NCBI GenBank assembly: GCA_963748625.1
Contig: CAVVJT010000002.1
Location: forward strand, 32,001 to 96,000
Source: an uncultured Chloroflexia bacterium
GTDB lineage: Bacteria; Chloroflexota; Limnocylindria; Limnocylindrales; CSP1-4
Direction: 5' to 3'
Length of the DNA stretch: 64,000 bases
Below, in pieces: positions 1-9,559 of the stretch (the stretch's first letter is position 1; each line of letters begins with the position of its first letter). Below the pieces are notes generated by a model. It was not told the DNA's origin. It did not search any database and saw only the letters and a program-made list of their open reading frames with translations. Both the position numbers and the translations under genes were made by a program.

Positions 1-554
1 TCGGCGACCGCCGTGGCGAGGCCCACCGGCTTCCCGCGGACGAGGATCTCCGCGCCGTCCTCGCCGCCCGTCACGCGATCGCGTGGCCATGCCCTGGCCT
101 CGCCGCCCGCCATGGTCATCGTGCCCACACCGGCGACGGTCAGGCGCGCGGCCGGCCCAAGGATCAGCGGTCTGGCCGAGAGGTCGAGCCCGACGAACTG
201 CGGGATCGCGTCATCGGCGGCCCAGGTGTCGTTGCGGGCGGCGACGGTGGCCGTCGTCAGCCGGATCATCCGGCCGCGGTTGACCGCGAGGCGCCGGTCG
301 AGCGCCACCGCAAGGGCAAGGCTGCCTTCCGTGGCGAGGGGGCAGCCCTCGGCGTCGAGGCCCGGCGTCGCCGTCGGGGCAGGCGCGGGCGTCGCCGAGG
401 CGGTCGGTGAGGACGCCGTCGGAGCGCTCGAGGCCGGAGCGGTCGCCGTCGAGGTCGCCGTCGGGGTCGCCGGCGCCGTCGAGCCGCAGCCCGCGAGCGC
501 CACCGACGCTGCAACGGCCAGGGCCAGGATCACCGGGACAGATCGGGCGTGCAT
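1..554 (-). CDS. Putative lipoprotein, truncated at window edge
   Basis: Manual minus-strand translation from ATG 554: MHARSVPVILALAVAASVALAGC-GSTAPATPT. Lipobox LAGC, then a Pro/Thr/Ala linker; the frame stays open to the window start. Confidence 0.7.
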   Translation of the reverse strand, partial: MHARSVPVILALAVAASVALAGCGSTAPATPTATSTATAPASSAPTASSPTASATPAPAPTATPGLDAEGCPLATEGSLALAVALDRRLAVNRGRMIRLTTATVAARNDTWAADDAIPQFVGLDLSARPLILGPAARLTVAGVGTMTMAGGEARAWPRDRVTGGEDGAEILVRGKPVGLATAVA

Positions 555-611
555 CGGTACCCCTCGGACGTGCGGGCGCTCGCCGCCCGCCGATCGTAGA
601 CTGGCCGGACG

Positions 612-1370
612 ATGGCCATTCGGATTGTCGACATCACCGACGCCTCCAGCTTCGCCCATGTGGCGCCCTGCGCCGATGCCGGGTTCGACCACCGCTCGTG
701 CGACTACTGGGAGGACGCCGACCGGGGCTCCAGGGCCGCACGCGCTTCCTGGCTTGAGGCCTCCCCTCCACCCCCGGTCGCGAAGCCAAGGCCGCGCAAC
801 CCGTTCGCCGATGACGATGACGAGCCGGGGTTCAACCCGTTCGCGACGCCGGCCAAGGCGCCCGCCTTCAACCCGTTCGCCGACGACGACGAACCCGCCT
901 TCAACCCGTTCGCGCCCACGCCGGCTGCCAGGCCGGCCGTTGCTGCCGGTGCGCCGCCCAAGCTGCGCTTGCTGGCGAGGGGCCTGGCGGTCTTCGGCTC
1001 CTACGCGAAGGTGCTGCTCGAGGACGACGAGCCGCTCGCGTACGCCCAGTTCGGGCCACTGTCCGCGTACCCGCGGGCGCTGCGGACCCGGGACCTGTAC
1101 CCCCGCCTTCCGGCCGCACCGCTGCCCGCGGTGATCACCTGCATCGCGACCACAGCGGCCGCCCGTGGTCGGGGTCTCGCGGCCATGCTGGTCGATGCCG
1201 TCTGCGATGACCTGGCCGCACGCGGGTTCGCCGCGATCGAGGCCTACCCCGAGGTGGGCGCGAAGCCGAATGCCACCAGCGCCGCCACACCAGCGTTCTG
1301 GGAGGGCCTGGGGTTCGTCGTTGCGGCGCCGGACGAGCGCTTCCCGGTGATGCGCCGGGAGCTCGGGTGA
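612..1370 (+). CDS. GNAT-family N-acetyltransferase (YoaP-like) with an NPF-repeat insertion
   Basis: Acetyl-CoA motif ARGRGLA, IEAYP, and FWEGLGF near the C-terminus; -10-like TAGACT at 597-602. Confidence 0.8.
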   Translation: MAIRIVDITDASSFAHVAPCADAGFDHRSCDYWEDADRGSRAARASWLEASPPPPVAKPRPRNPFADDDDEPGFNPFATPAKAPAFNPFADDDEPAFNPFAPTPAARPAVAAGAPPKLRLLARGLAVFGSYAKVLLEDDEPLAYAQFGPLSAYPRALRTRDLYPRLPAAPLPAVITCIATTAAARGRGLAAMLVDAVCDDLAARGFAAIEAYPEVGAKPNATSAATPAFWEGLGFVVAAPDERFPVMRRELG

Positions 1371-2017
1371 TCCGTCGCTCGCGAGCGCGTCCGCCGCCGT
1401 GCGGTGCTGGCGGTCGCGCTGGTCGGCCTGCGGGACCGGCGCCCGCCCCGTCTCGAGGCCGCCGTCCGCCGTCGCTCACTCCGTCGCCGCCGCCATCGGC
1501 GCCGCCCACCACGACGCCGTCGACCACCCCGACGTCGACCTCGCTCGCGACCCTGCCGACCGACCGACCCGGCATCGAGGAGGACGAGGCCCTGCTCGCG
1601 GTCCTGCCCGAGGAGGTCGGAGGGGACGCCGCTGCGCATGGAGCACCAGGCCTTCGTGGAGGCCAGGACAGATCCGGACGTTCGCGGCGAGCATCGGGTC
1701 CGCCGTCGTTCTTCGTGGGCCCGGGCCCCGACGACATCGTCTCGGGCCTGGTGGCGCGGCCGCGCGACGGCGTGTACTCGGAGGCCTGGCTGCTCGACTG
1801 GCGCGAGACGTACGACAACGGCGCCTGCGGGCAGGCCGGCGGCGTGGGCGGGCGCGCGGAGACGAACCTCGGGGGCCGGGCCGTCCACATCACGACGTGT
1901 GCCGGTGGCATGCGGGTCTACCACGCCTGGGTGAAGGAGCAGGGTGTGGTGGTGTCGTTGATCTCGATCGGCGAGGGTCGCTGGGGCGAGCAGGTCATGG
2001 GATCGCTCCGGCCCTGA
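1367..2017 (+). pseudogene. Probable lipoprotein with several frameshifts (sequencing errors or pseudogene)
   Basis: Plausible segments lie in different frames: VLAVALVG / SACGTG lipobox / Pro-Thr linker / PLRMEHQAFVEARTDP / DIVSGLVARPRDGVYSEAWLLDWRETYDNGAC. GTGA overlap with the upstream stop. Confidence 0.5.
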
Positions 2018-2057
2018 CGCCTGCCGCGCCACCCCGTGAAGTCGTAGACTCGCCGCC

Positions 2058-3743
2058 GTGAGCACCGAGAACACGGGCATCGCGGCCTCAGGTCCGCGCC
2101 CCGTCCGCGCCCCGCGCGGGACCACGCTGTCCACCCGCGGCTGGCAGCAGGAAGCCGTGCTGCGGATGCTGATGAACAACCTCGATCCGGAGGTCGCCGA
2201 GGACCCGGACCACCTGGTCGTCTACGGCGGCACCGGTCGGGCCGCCCGCTCCTGGGAGGCGTTCGACGCCATCGTCCGCGAGCTCCGCAAGCTCGCCGAC
2301 GACGAGACGCTCCTCGTCCAGTCGGGCAAGCCGGTCGCCGTGTTCCGGACGCACGAGTGGGCGCCGCGCGTCCTGATCGCCAACTCGAACCTCGTGGGCA
2401 AGTGGGCGAACTGGGAGCACTTCCGGGAGCTCGAGCGGAAGGGCCTGATGATGTACGGCCAGATGACCGCTGGGTCCTGGATCTACATCGGCACCCAGGG
2501 GATCCTGCAGGGCACGTACGAGACGTTCGCCGAGTGCGCACGGCGCAACTTCGGCGGGACGCTGCGCGGGACGGTCACGCTCACCGCGGGCCTCGGTGGC
2601 ATGGGCGGGGCCCAGCCGCTGGCGGTCACGATGAACGAGGGCGTGTGCATCGCGATCGAGGTCGACGAGCACCGCGCCGCTCGCCGCCACGAGATCGGCT
2701 ACGTGGACCGCCTGACCCACGATCCCGACGAGGCGCTCCGGCTGGCCCGCGAGGCTGCGGCCGAGGGCCGCGCCCTGTCGATCGCGCTGGTGGGCAATGC
2801 TGCCGAGATCGAGCCCATGTGGGTGAAGGCAGGCGAGCAATTCGACATCGTCACGGACCAGACCTCCGCGCACGACGCGCTGGGTGGCTACATCCCGGCC
2901 GAGATCTCGCTGGAGGACGCCTCCGTGCTGCGTGAGGTGGATCCGGCGCTGTACGAGGAGCGCTCGAAGCGGGCGATGGCCGCCCACTGCCAGGCGATCC
3001 TGGACTTCCAGAAGGCCGGCTCGATCGCGTTCGACTACGGCAACAACCTCCGCGCCCAGGCGCAGGAGGCGGGGGTCGAGAACGCGTTCGACTACCCGGG
3101 GTTCGTGCCCGCGTTCATCCGGCCGCAGTTCTGCGAGGGCCGCGGGCCCTTCCGCTGGGTGGCGCTCTCGGGCGACCCGGCGGACATCCTGCGGACGGAC
3201 CGCGCGATCCTGGAGCTGTTCCCCCATGACGAGGGGCTGCGCCGCTGGATCGAGATGGCCGAAGCCCAGGTCCCGTTCCAGGGGCTGCCGGCCCGGATCT
3301 GTTGGCTGGGCTACGGCGAGCGGCACCTCGCGGGGCTGGCGTTCAACGACCTGGTCGCCCGAGGCGAGGTCAAGGCGCCGATCGTGATCGGGCGGGACCA
3401 CCTGGACTCCGGGTCCGTCGCGTCGCCCAACCGGGAGACGGAGGCGATGCTCGACGGCACCGACGCGGTCGCCGACTGGCCGCTGCTCAACGCGCTGGTG
3501 AACACCGCGGCCGGGGCGACCTGGGTGTCGATCCACCACGGGGGCGGCGTGGGCATCGGCTACTCGCAGCACGCGGGCATGGTGGTCGTGGCCGACGGCA
3601 CGGAGCTGGCGGCGCGCAAGCTGTCCCGGGTCCTCCGCACGGACTCCGGCATGGGCGTGGTGCGCCACGTGGACGCGGGCTACGAGCGCGCGATCGAGGT
3701 CGCGAAGGAGCGCGGCGTCCGCATCCCGATGCTGGGGATCTGA
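2058..3743 (+). CDS. hutU: Urocanate hydratase
   Basis: [40 protein letters not shown] and HHGGGVG signature motifs; 561 aa. Confidence 0.98.
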   Translation: MSTENTGIAASGPRPVRAPRGTTLSTRGWQQEAVLRMLMNNLDPEVAEDPDHLVVYGGTGRAARSWEAFDAIVRELRKLADDETLLVQSGKPVAVFRTHEWAPRVLIANSNLVGKWANWEHFRELERKGLMMYGQMTAGSWIYIGTQGILQGTYETFAECARRNFGGTLRGTVTLTAGLGGMGGAQPLAVTMNEGVCIAIEVDEHRAARRHEIGYVDRLTHDPDEALRLAREAAAEGRALSIALVGNAAEIEPMWVKAGEQFDIVTDQTSAHDALGGYIPAEISLEDASVLREVDPALYEERSKRAMAAHCQAILDFQKAGSIAFDYGNNLRAQAQEAGVENAFDYPGFVPAFIRPQFCEGRGPFRWVALSGDPADILRTDRAILELFPHDEGLRRWIEMAEAQVPFQGLPARICWLGYGERHLAGLAFNDLVARGEVKAPIVIGRDHLDSGSVASPNRETEAMLDGTDAVADWPLLNALVNTAAGATWVSIHHGGGVGIGYSQHAGMVVVADGTELAARKLSRVLRTDSGMGVVRHVDAGYERAIEVAKERGVRIPMLGI

Positions 3744-3755
3744 ACGAGGGTTGCA

Positions 3756-3828
3756 GCCGGGTCCGCCGCCCCCAGCCGGGTGCGCCGCCCCCCAGCCGGG
3801 TGCGCCGGGTGCGCCGCCCCCCAGCCCC
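3756..3828. repeat. Short imperfect tandem repeats (GCCGGGTGCGCCGCCCCCCA-like)
   Basis: About 3 copies visible directly downstream of hutU. Confidence 0.6.
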
Positions 3829-3841
3829 CCATGTGACTGGA

Positions 3842-3972
3842 AGTCAACGAAACCCCGCAAGCTCGGGCTCGAGGAGCCGAAACCGGACTCGTTGCGGGGA
3901 TTCGTTGTCCGCCACGCAGCGGAAGCCCGCAACGGGGACAGGCGGGGCGCCGTTTGCGAGGTTTCGTTGACT
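3842..3972. repeat. Inverted-repeat (MITE/REP-like) intergenic element
   Basis: AGTCAACGAAACCCCGCAAGC (3842-3862) matches the reverse complement of 3952-3972 (AGTCAACGAAACCTCGCAAAC) with 2 mismatches; internal partial copies of the arm are present. Confidence 0.75.
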
Positions 3973-4024
3973 CGGACGCAGGCCGGTCAGGCTGGCGCAG
4001 GATGGGCCGCCCCGACCGGCGACC

Positions 4025-5323
4025 TCACGCGGGCGCCGGGCCCCCAGCCGTCGCCGCTCCAGCATCGTCCACCGGCTCCGGCATCGTCGTGATCCGGCGC
4101 ACCGACGAGAGCGTCACCGGGATGAACGCCACCAGCCCGCCCAGCGCCGCCACCACGATGGTCGGCTGCAGTCCGATCACCTGCGCGAGCGCGGCTCCCA
4201 TGATGGACCCGACCGGCATCGTGCCCCACACGATGAAGCGCATCGTCGCGTTCATCCGGCCCTGCATCCGGGGCGGTGTGATCGCCTGGCGCAGCGACAC
4301 CTGGTTGATGTTCCAGGCCACGCCTGCGAACCCGCCCAGGAACGTGGATGCCGCGAGCCCGTACCACACGAGGGCCGCCGGGGCGAACGCGAGGAACAGG
4401 TTCGACACCGAGAACGTGAGCGACGTTGCGACGAGCATCCGGCCCACCCCGGCACGCTTCGTGAGCCACGTCGTCGACAGTGCGGCGACGAGGACCCCCA
4501 CCGATCCAAGGGAGAAGGCGAAGCCGATCGCCTCCGGGCCCAGGCCCCGCTCGTCCACCAGGTACAGCACCAGGATCGCGCCACCCAGGCTGGCGAACAG
4601 GTTGGAGATGCCCGTGGTCGCCGCGATCGAGCGCAGCCACCGGTGGCCTCCCACGTAGCGCAGACCCGCAGCCATCTCCGAGCGCATCGACGGCTTCGGC
4701 CCGTGGACGGCCTCGTCGTGATGTGCCACGGGCGGCTCCGGTCGCCGGATCCAGAACAGGAACACGGCTGAGACCAGGTACGAGACGGAGTCCACAACCA
4801 TCGCGAACGGCGCCTTGAACCAGCCGATGAGCAGGCCCGCCATGCCCGGCCCCAGGATCTGCGCCGCCGACCGTGTGATCTCCAGCTTCGAGTTGCCGTC
4901 CACCAGCTGGTCCCGCTCCACCACCGATGGCAGGTAGCTCTGGTAGGCGACGTCGAAGAAGACGGTGAAGCAGCCGACGGTGAAGCCCACGATGTACAGC
5001 TGCCAGATCGTGAGGGCGTCGAAGTAGAAGGCGACCGGGATCGACGCGATCGCGACGGCGCGCCCGAGGTCGCCCGCGATCAGGATGGGGCGTCGTCGGA
5101 GGCGGTCCACCCAGACCCCGGCCGGCAGGCTCAGGAGGATGAACGGCAGCATCTCGATCGTGGTCAGCAGCCCGAACTCGAACGGGCTGACCGAGAGCGC
5201 GGTTGCGGCGATGATCGGGATCGCGAGCTGCGTGATCGCGGTCCCGAAGACCGAGACGGTCTCAGCCGTCCAGAGCTTGAGGAAGTCGGGGTGGCGGAGG
5301 AGGCTGCGGTTTGGGCCTGACAC
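4025..5323 (-). CDS. MFS transporter (MFS_3/drug-efflux-like)
   Basis: GVWVDRLRRRPIL motif A, about 12 hydrophobic segments, PPRMQGRMNAT. Confidence 0.9.
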   Translation of the reverse strand: MSGPNRSLLRHPDFLKLWTAETVSVFGTAITQLAIPIIAATALSVSPFEFGLLTTIEMLPFILLSLPAGVWVDRLRRRPILIAGDLGRAVAIASIPVAFYFDALTIWQLYIVGFTVGCFTVFFDVAYQSYLPSVVERDQLVDGNSKLEITRSAAQILGPGMAGLLIGWFKAPFAMVVDSVSYLVSAVFLFWIRRPEPPVAHHDEAVHGPKPSMRSEMAAGLRYVGGHRWLRSIAATTGISNLFASLGGAILVLYLVDERGLGPEAIGFAFSLGSVGVLVAALSTTWLTKRAGVGRMLVATSLTFSVSNLFLAFAPAALVWYGLAASTFLGGFAGVAWNINQVSLRQAITPPRMQGRMNATMRFIVWGTMPVGSIMGAALAQVIGLQPTIVVAALGGLVAFIPVTLSSVRRITTMPEPVDDAGAATAGGPAPA

Positions 5324-5395
5324 GGCGCGAGTCTACCGGGGCTTTCCCTGCCGCGGAGGCAGCGCGTTCAGCATCCTGTGAGCGCCGGGCTCCGC

Positions 5396-5545
5396 CGCGC
5401 ACCGATCGCACACACGGTGCGGTGCCGTCGCTGGATGCGCGAGCGGCGCGCAGGACATGCGCGCGGGGGACGCCGCCACGGCGGGGCGTGCGCACGGATC
5501 CGTCAATTAGCGACGGGACTGCACGGTGTGCCTGTCTGGCGCGCA
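5396..5545. repeat. 150-bp imperfect palindromic element, divergent copy
   Basis: Aligns without gaps to 8511-8660 and 57800-57949 (CACACGGTGCGG at +15, GTGTGC at +130). Confidence 0.65.
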
Positions 5546-5645
5546 CCAGGACCGAGGCACGAGGACCGAGGACCGAAAACCTCGCCCTGGCCTACCCCCG
5601 TGGCCGGAGATCGCACGGCGCGCGGCCGCCGGCCCCGCTGCGCGG

Positions 5646-5906
5646 TCATCCGCCCGACACGACCTCCGCGACCGGTGCCCGCACCACGCTCTCGAACCCG
5701 ACCGCCTTGTGCGAGGAGTCACAGAAGGGCTTGTTGGCAGAGTGGCCGCAGCGGCACAGCCAGACGGCCTTGCCCTCCGGGATCGGCCAGGTGTTGCCCT
5801 CCTGGTCGGCGAGCACGACAGGCCCGGTCACCTTGTAGGAGCCGTTGTCGCGCGGGGTGATGGTGACGACTGGCATGGTGACGGGCTGGGCGATGGGGTC
5901 GGTCAT
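5646..5906 (-). CDS. CDGSH iron-sulfur domain protein
   Basis: NGSYKVTG and WLCRCGHSANKPFCDSSH motifs. Confidence 0.92.
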   Translation of the reverse strand: MTDPIAQPVTMPVVTITPRDNGSYKVTGPVVLADQEGNTWPIPEGKAVWLCRCGHSANKPFCDSSHKAVGFESVVRAPVAEVVSGG

Positions 5907-6041
5907 GGGGGCTCGGACTCACGCTGCGGGTGGGGAACCTGTCTGGATGTGGGGACGCAACGGAGGTTCGCCGGGCTGACGGTACCGGATTGGGCGCAGC
6001 GCGGCCGCAACGGTCACCGTTGCGACAGGTAGCATCGCAAC

Positions 6042-7016
6042 GTGCTTGTTGAAAGCGTCCCCAACGTCTCCGAAGGCCGCCGGCTCGACGTCGTCGAGCG
6101 CCTGGCCAACGCCCTGACCTCGGTCCCGGGCGTGTTCCTGCTCGACCGGACGTCGGATGCCAGCCACAACCGCTCGGTGTTCACGATCGCCGGCCAGCAC
6201 GACGATGTCACCGAGGCGCTCGAGCGCCTGGTGATGCAGGCGCTGGTGGACATCGACATGGAGCAGCACACCGGCGAGCACCCCCGGATCGGCGCCGTTG
6301 ACGTCATCCCCTTCGTGCCGCTCGCCGATACGACGCTCGACGACTGCATCCAGGTTGCCCGGCGCTTCGCCGAGCGCATCGCGTCGCGCAACGACATCCC
6401 GGTCTTCCTCTACGCCCACGCTGCCCTCCGCGGCGATCGCGTGAAGCTCTCCGACGTGCGCCGAGGCCAGTACGAGGGCCTCCGCGCGGAGATCGCCCAG
6501 CATGGCCGTGAGCCCGACCTCGGCCCGGCCCGCATGCATCCGCGGTTCGGCGCCATGGCCGTCGGCGCCAGGCCGTTCCTCATCGCCTGGAACATCAACC
6601 TCGACTCGGACGACGTGGAGCTTGCCAAGCGCATCGCGCGCCGCGTCCGCGAGTCCGGCGGCGGCCTGCCACGCCTGCAGGGCAACGGGTTCCGCGTGGA
6701 GGAGCCGGAGCGCGGGCACCCGGTGCTGGCCCAGGTCTCGATGAACCTGCTCGACTTCCGCACCACCGGCCTGTGGCAGGTCTGGAAGACCGTGGAGGCG
6801 CTGGCGGCCGAGGACGGCGTCGCCCTGCTCGAGTCCGAGCTGATCGGCCTGGCGCCGGTCGCCGCGCTCACCGATGTCGCCGATGCGGTCGGCGTGCCCG
6901 GCGATGCCCCGGTGGAGCAGCGCCTGGCGGCGGCTGCGAGCGCGATCCACCTCCGGGACTTCACGCCGCAGCGTGCGCTGGAGCTGCGGCTGGCCGCAGC
7001 ACGCGACCGCCGGTAG
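6042..7016 (+). CDS. ftcd: Glutamate formimidoyltransferase
   Basis: ESVPNVSEGR, HNRSVFT, GEHPRIGAVDVIPFVP and AQVSMNL motifs; lies next to hut genes. Confidence 0.95.
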   Translation: MLVESVPNVSEGRRLDVVERLANALTSVPGVFLLDRTSDASHNRSVFTIAGQHDDVTEALERLVMQALVDIDMEQHTGEHPRIGAVDVIPFVPLADTTLDDCIQVARRFAERIASRNDIPVFLYAHAALRGDRVKLSDVRRGQYEGLRAEIAQHGREPDLGPARMHPRFGAMAVGARPFLIAWNINLDSDDVELAKRIARRVRESGGGLPRLQGNGFRVEEPERGHPVLAQVSMNLLDFRTTGLWQVWKTVEALAAEDGVALLESELIGLAPVAALTDVADAVGVPGDAPVEQRLAAAASAIHLRDFTPQRALELRLAAARDRR

Positions 7017-7027
7017 CGGGCCGGATC

Positions 7028-8395
7028 GTGACGCTGCGCCTGATCGAGGGGGGGCGTGCCCACGCCGACGCCCCGGGACTGCTGATCCACGGGGCATCCC
7101 AGGTCGCCACGCTGGCGGGCGGCCTGCGGCGAGGCGCGACCCAGGGCGACCTCGGCCTGCTCGATGCCGCCGACGCAGGCGGCCCCAGCGCCCCCGGCGC
7201 ACCGGTGGTCGCCTGCTGGGAGGGCAGGATTGTCGGCGTTGGTCCACGCGATCGCGTGGAACAGGGCCTGGAGATGAGCGGCTACCCGCTCTCCCGCTTC
7301 GTACGCCTCGATGCCGCGGGAGGTGTCGTCACGCCCGGGCTGGTGGATCCCCACACCCACCTGCTCTTCGCGGGCAGCCGCGAGGGTGAGCTGGTGCTCC
7401 GCCAGCAGGGTGCGGGCTACATGGAGATCCTCGCGTCCGGCGGCGGGATCCTGTCGACGGTCGAGGCGACCCGCCGCGCCACCCCGGAGGAGCTCTGGGC
7501 TCACGGCCGGCGCTGGCTCGACGAGATGGGCAGGCACGGCGTGACCACCGTCGAGGCGAAGTCCGGGTATGGCCTGGACCTGCTGACGGAGCTGCGGCTG
7601 GTGGAGATGGCCGACGAGCTGGGGAAGGAGGGCCCCATCGACGTGGTGCCCACGTTCCTGGGCGCCCATGCCGTCCCGCAGGAGTACCGCGCCCGGCCCG
7701 ATGGCACCGAGGCCTACGTCCGCCACGTGATCGAGGAGCAGCTGCCCGGCATCGCCGCCCAGGGGCGTGCGCGCTCCTGCGACGTGTTCTGCGAGCAGGG
7801 GGTGTTCACGGACGACCAGAGCCGGCGGATCCTGCAGGCGGCCCGCGGCTACGGGCTCGCCGTACGGCTCCATGCGGACGAGCTCGCCCCGTCGGGTGGC
7901 GCGGAGCTCGCGGCGGAGCTGGGTGCGCTGTCGGCCGATCACCTGCACACGCCCTCCGACGAGGGGATCGCCGCCATGGCGGCATCGGCGGATGGCCCCA
8001 CGCCCACGGTGGCGACGCTGCTTCCCGCCACGACCTGGTTCCTCATGACCGACGACGCGGCGCCCGCCCGCCGGTTCATCGACGCCGGCGTCCCGGTGGC
8101 GCTGGGCACGGACTTCAACCCGGGCACCTCGCCCACGCCCAACCTGCCCCTGGTGATGACCGTCGCCTGCCTCGCGATGAGGATGTCGCCCGAGGAGGTC
8201 CTCGCCGCGGTCACCATCAACGCCGCGCACGCGGTGGGCGTGGCCGACCAGGTGGGGTCGCTGGAGCCGGGCAAGACGGCGGACATCGTGATCTGGCACG
8301 CGACGTCGGTCCGGCAGCTGCCCTACTGGGTCGGAGCCGACCTTGCCGACGTGGTGATCAAGCGCGGCCGGGTGATCCACCGCCGGATGACCTAG
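7028..8395 (+). CDS. hutI: Imidazolonepropionase
   Basis: PGLVDPHTH, GGGILSTV, EAKSGYGL, LHADE and GTDFNPG motifs; start placed at GTG 7028, just after the ftcd stop. Confidence 0.95.
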   Translation: MTLRLIEGGRAHADAPGLLIHGASQVATLAGGLRRGATQGDLGLLDAADAGGPSAPGAPVVACWEGRIVGVGPRDRVEQGLEMSGYPLSRFVRLDAAGGVVTPGLVDPHTHLLFAGSREGELVLRQQGAGYMEILASGGGILSTVEATRRATPEELWAHGRRWLDEMGRHGVTTVEAKSGYGLDLLTELRLVEMADELGKEGPIDVVPTFLGAHAVPQEYRARPDGTEAYVRHVIEEQLPGIAAQGRARSCDVFCEQGVFTDDQSRRILQAARGYGLAVRLHADELAPSGGAELAAELGALSADHLHTPSDEGIAAMAASADGPTPTVATLLPATTWFLMTDDAAPARRFIDAGVPVALGTDFNPGTSPTPNLPLVMTVACLAMRMSPEEVLAAVTINAAHAVGVADQVGSLEPGKTADIVIWHATSVRQLPYWVGADLADVVIKRGRVIHRRMT

Positions 8396-8760
8396 GCTCC
8401 CGATTCGCTGGTCGCTGGCGGCGTGCGGACCGCCGCTCCGGGTCCTGGCGCCGTCCGGGTCCTGTCTCCGTCCGGGTCCTGTCTCCGTCCGGGTCCTGTC
8501 TCCGTCCGGCTGCGCGCCGGACGGCCACACGGTGCGGCGGCAGCGCTCGATGCGCGGCTGGTGCGCAGGTCGTGCCCTCGGGACCCTGGCGGAGCGCACG
8601 GGCGGAGCACGGGGCGCACATCCCGCGACGTCACCGCTCCGTGTGCGCGCCGGGTGCGCACGGCAGCAGCCGTCGTGGGCGACGCCCGGTGATGCCGCCT
8701 CCGACCAGCGGCACGGGCACGGAGGGGTATCCGCCGGGCATTGGCGGCACGCGACACCAG
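8392..8760. repeat. ~350-bp dispersed repeat (MITE-like or structured RNA), copy 1, containing the 150-bp palindrome
   Basis: Clearly homologous to 57708-58048; starts at CTAG overlapping the hutI stop; internal 17-bp tandem expansion (CCGTCCGGGTCCTGTCT x3). Confidence 0.85.
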
Positions 8761-8786
8761 GCTCCGGCGCGTCTCTTGCGCGTTCC

Positions 8787-8838
8787 AGCCCGCGCCGGCT
8801 CAGCCCGCGCCGGCTCAGCCCGCGCCGGCTCAGCCCGC
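8787..8838. repeat. 15-bp tandem repeat CAGCCCGCGCCGGCT x3+
   Basis: Directly visible in the sequence. Confidence 0.8.
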
Positions 8839-8858
8839 CAGCGCCGGCCTGCTCCGGC

Positions 8859-9521
8859 TCAGCCCGTCAGCGCCACCACCAGCAGCAGCTGGCCCACGTG
8901 GTACGTGGTGATCACGCCCATCCGCAGCGGTCTGGGCGCCCTCCCGGCCTCGTCCCTGCCCACCACGAACTGCCCCCAGCCGAGCAGCGCATCGGACGCG
9001 ACGAACAGCCACGCGCCGACGATGGCGACCGGGATGCCGGTCCGGGTCGCGACAATGGCCATCGCGCTGATGGCTGCGAGGTAGACGGCAACCGGCCCGC
9101 TCATGCCCCTCGGGCGGGCGGCGGCCACGAGCCTGCGGCCGACCGTCACCGCCACGATCCCCGCCATGGCGATCCCGGCCAGCAGCCAGGCGGGACTGCC
9201 GTCGAGCCGGGCGAAGGCGAGCGCGTACGCGAGATGCGCCACGAGGAATGCGATGAGCCCGGGCAGCAGGCGTCCCGGCGGGAGCAGCAGCACGTCCCCG
9301 ATCAGCGATGCCGCGAGCGCGACCACGAGGAGCGCCCGGACGACCACGTCCGAGTCCGCCCACGGCCAGGTCATGGACGCGAGCAGCAGGAGTCCGAGGA
9401 CCGCCGGCTTCGCGACCCGCTCGATCAGGCGGGCACGTGAGCCTTCCGCCCAGACCGCGGCCCAGTCCACGGCCGCCGCGAGGGCAGCCAGCCCCAGCAG
9501 GACGGTGGCCGGCATGGGCAT
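8859..9521 (-). CDS. Lysoplasmalogenase / YhhN family membrane protein
   Basis: AKP, GDVLL, FLVAHLAY, FVASDALL and TYHVGQ motifs. Confidence 0.9.
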   Translation of the reverse strand: MPMPATVLLGLAALAAAVDWAAVWAEGSRARLIERVAKPAVLGLLLLASMTWPWADSDVVVRALLVVALAASLIGDVLLLPPGRLLPGLIAFLVAHLAYALAFARLDGSPAWLLAGIAMAGIVAVTVGRRLVAAARPRGMSGPVAVYLAAISAMAIVATRTGIPVAIVGAWLFVASDALLGWGQFVVGRDEAGRAPRPLRMGVITTYHVGQLLLVVALTG

Positions 9522-9559
9522 GGCGTCAAGCCTTGCTGCGGGTCAGGCCCTGCTCCGTG

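Noticed and set aside
13-1134. 373-aa plus-strand ORF
   Set aside because: Antisense to the lipoprotein at 1-554 and out of frame with the GNAT; no motifs.
2058-8395. Absence of hutH as a novel histidine pathway
   Set aside because: hutH is often unlinked, so this cannot be judged from one window.
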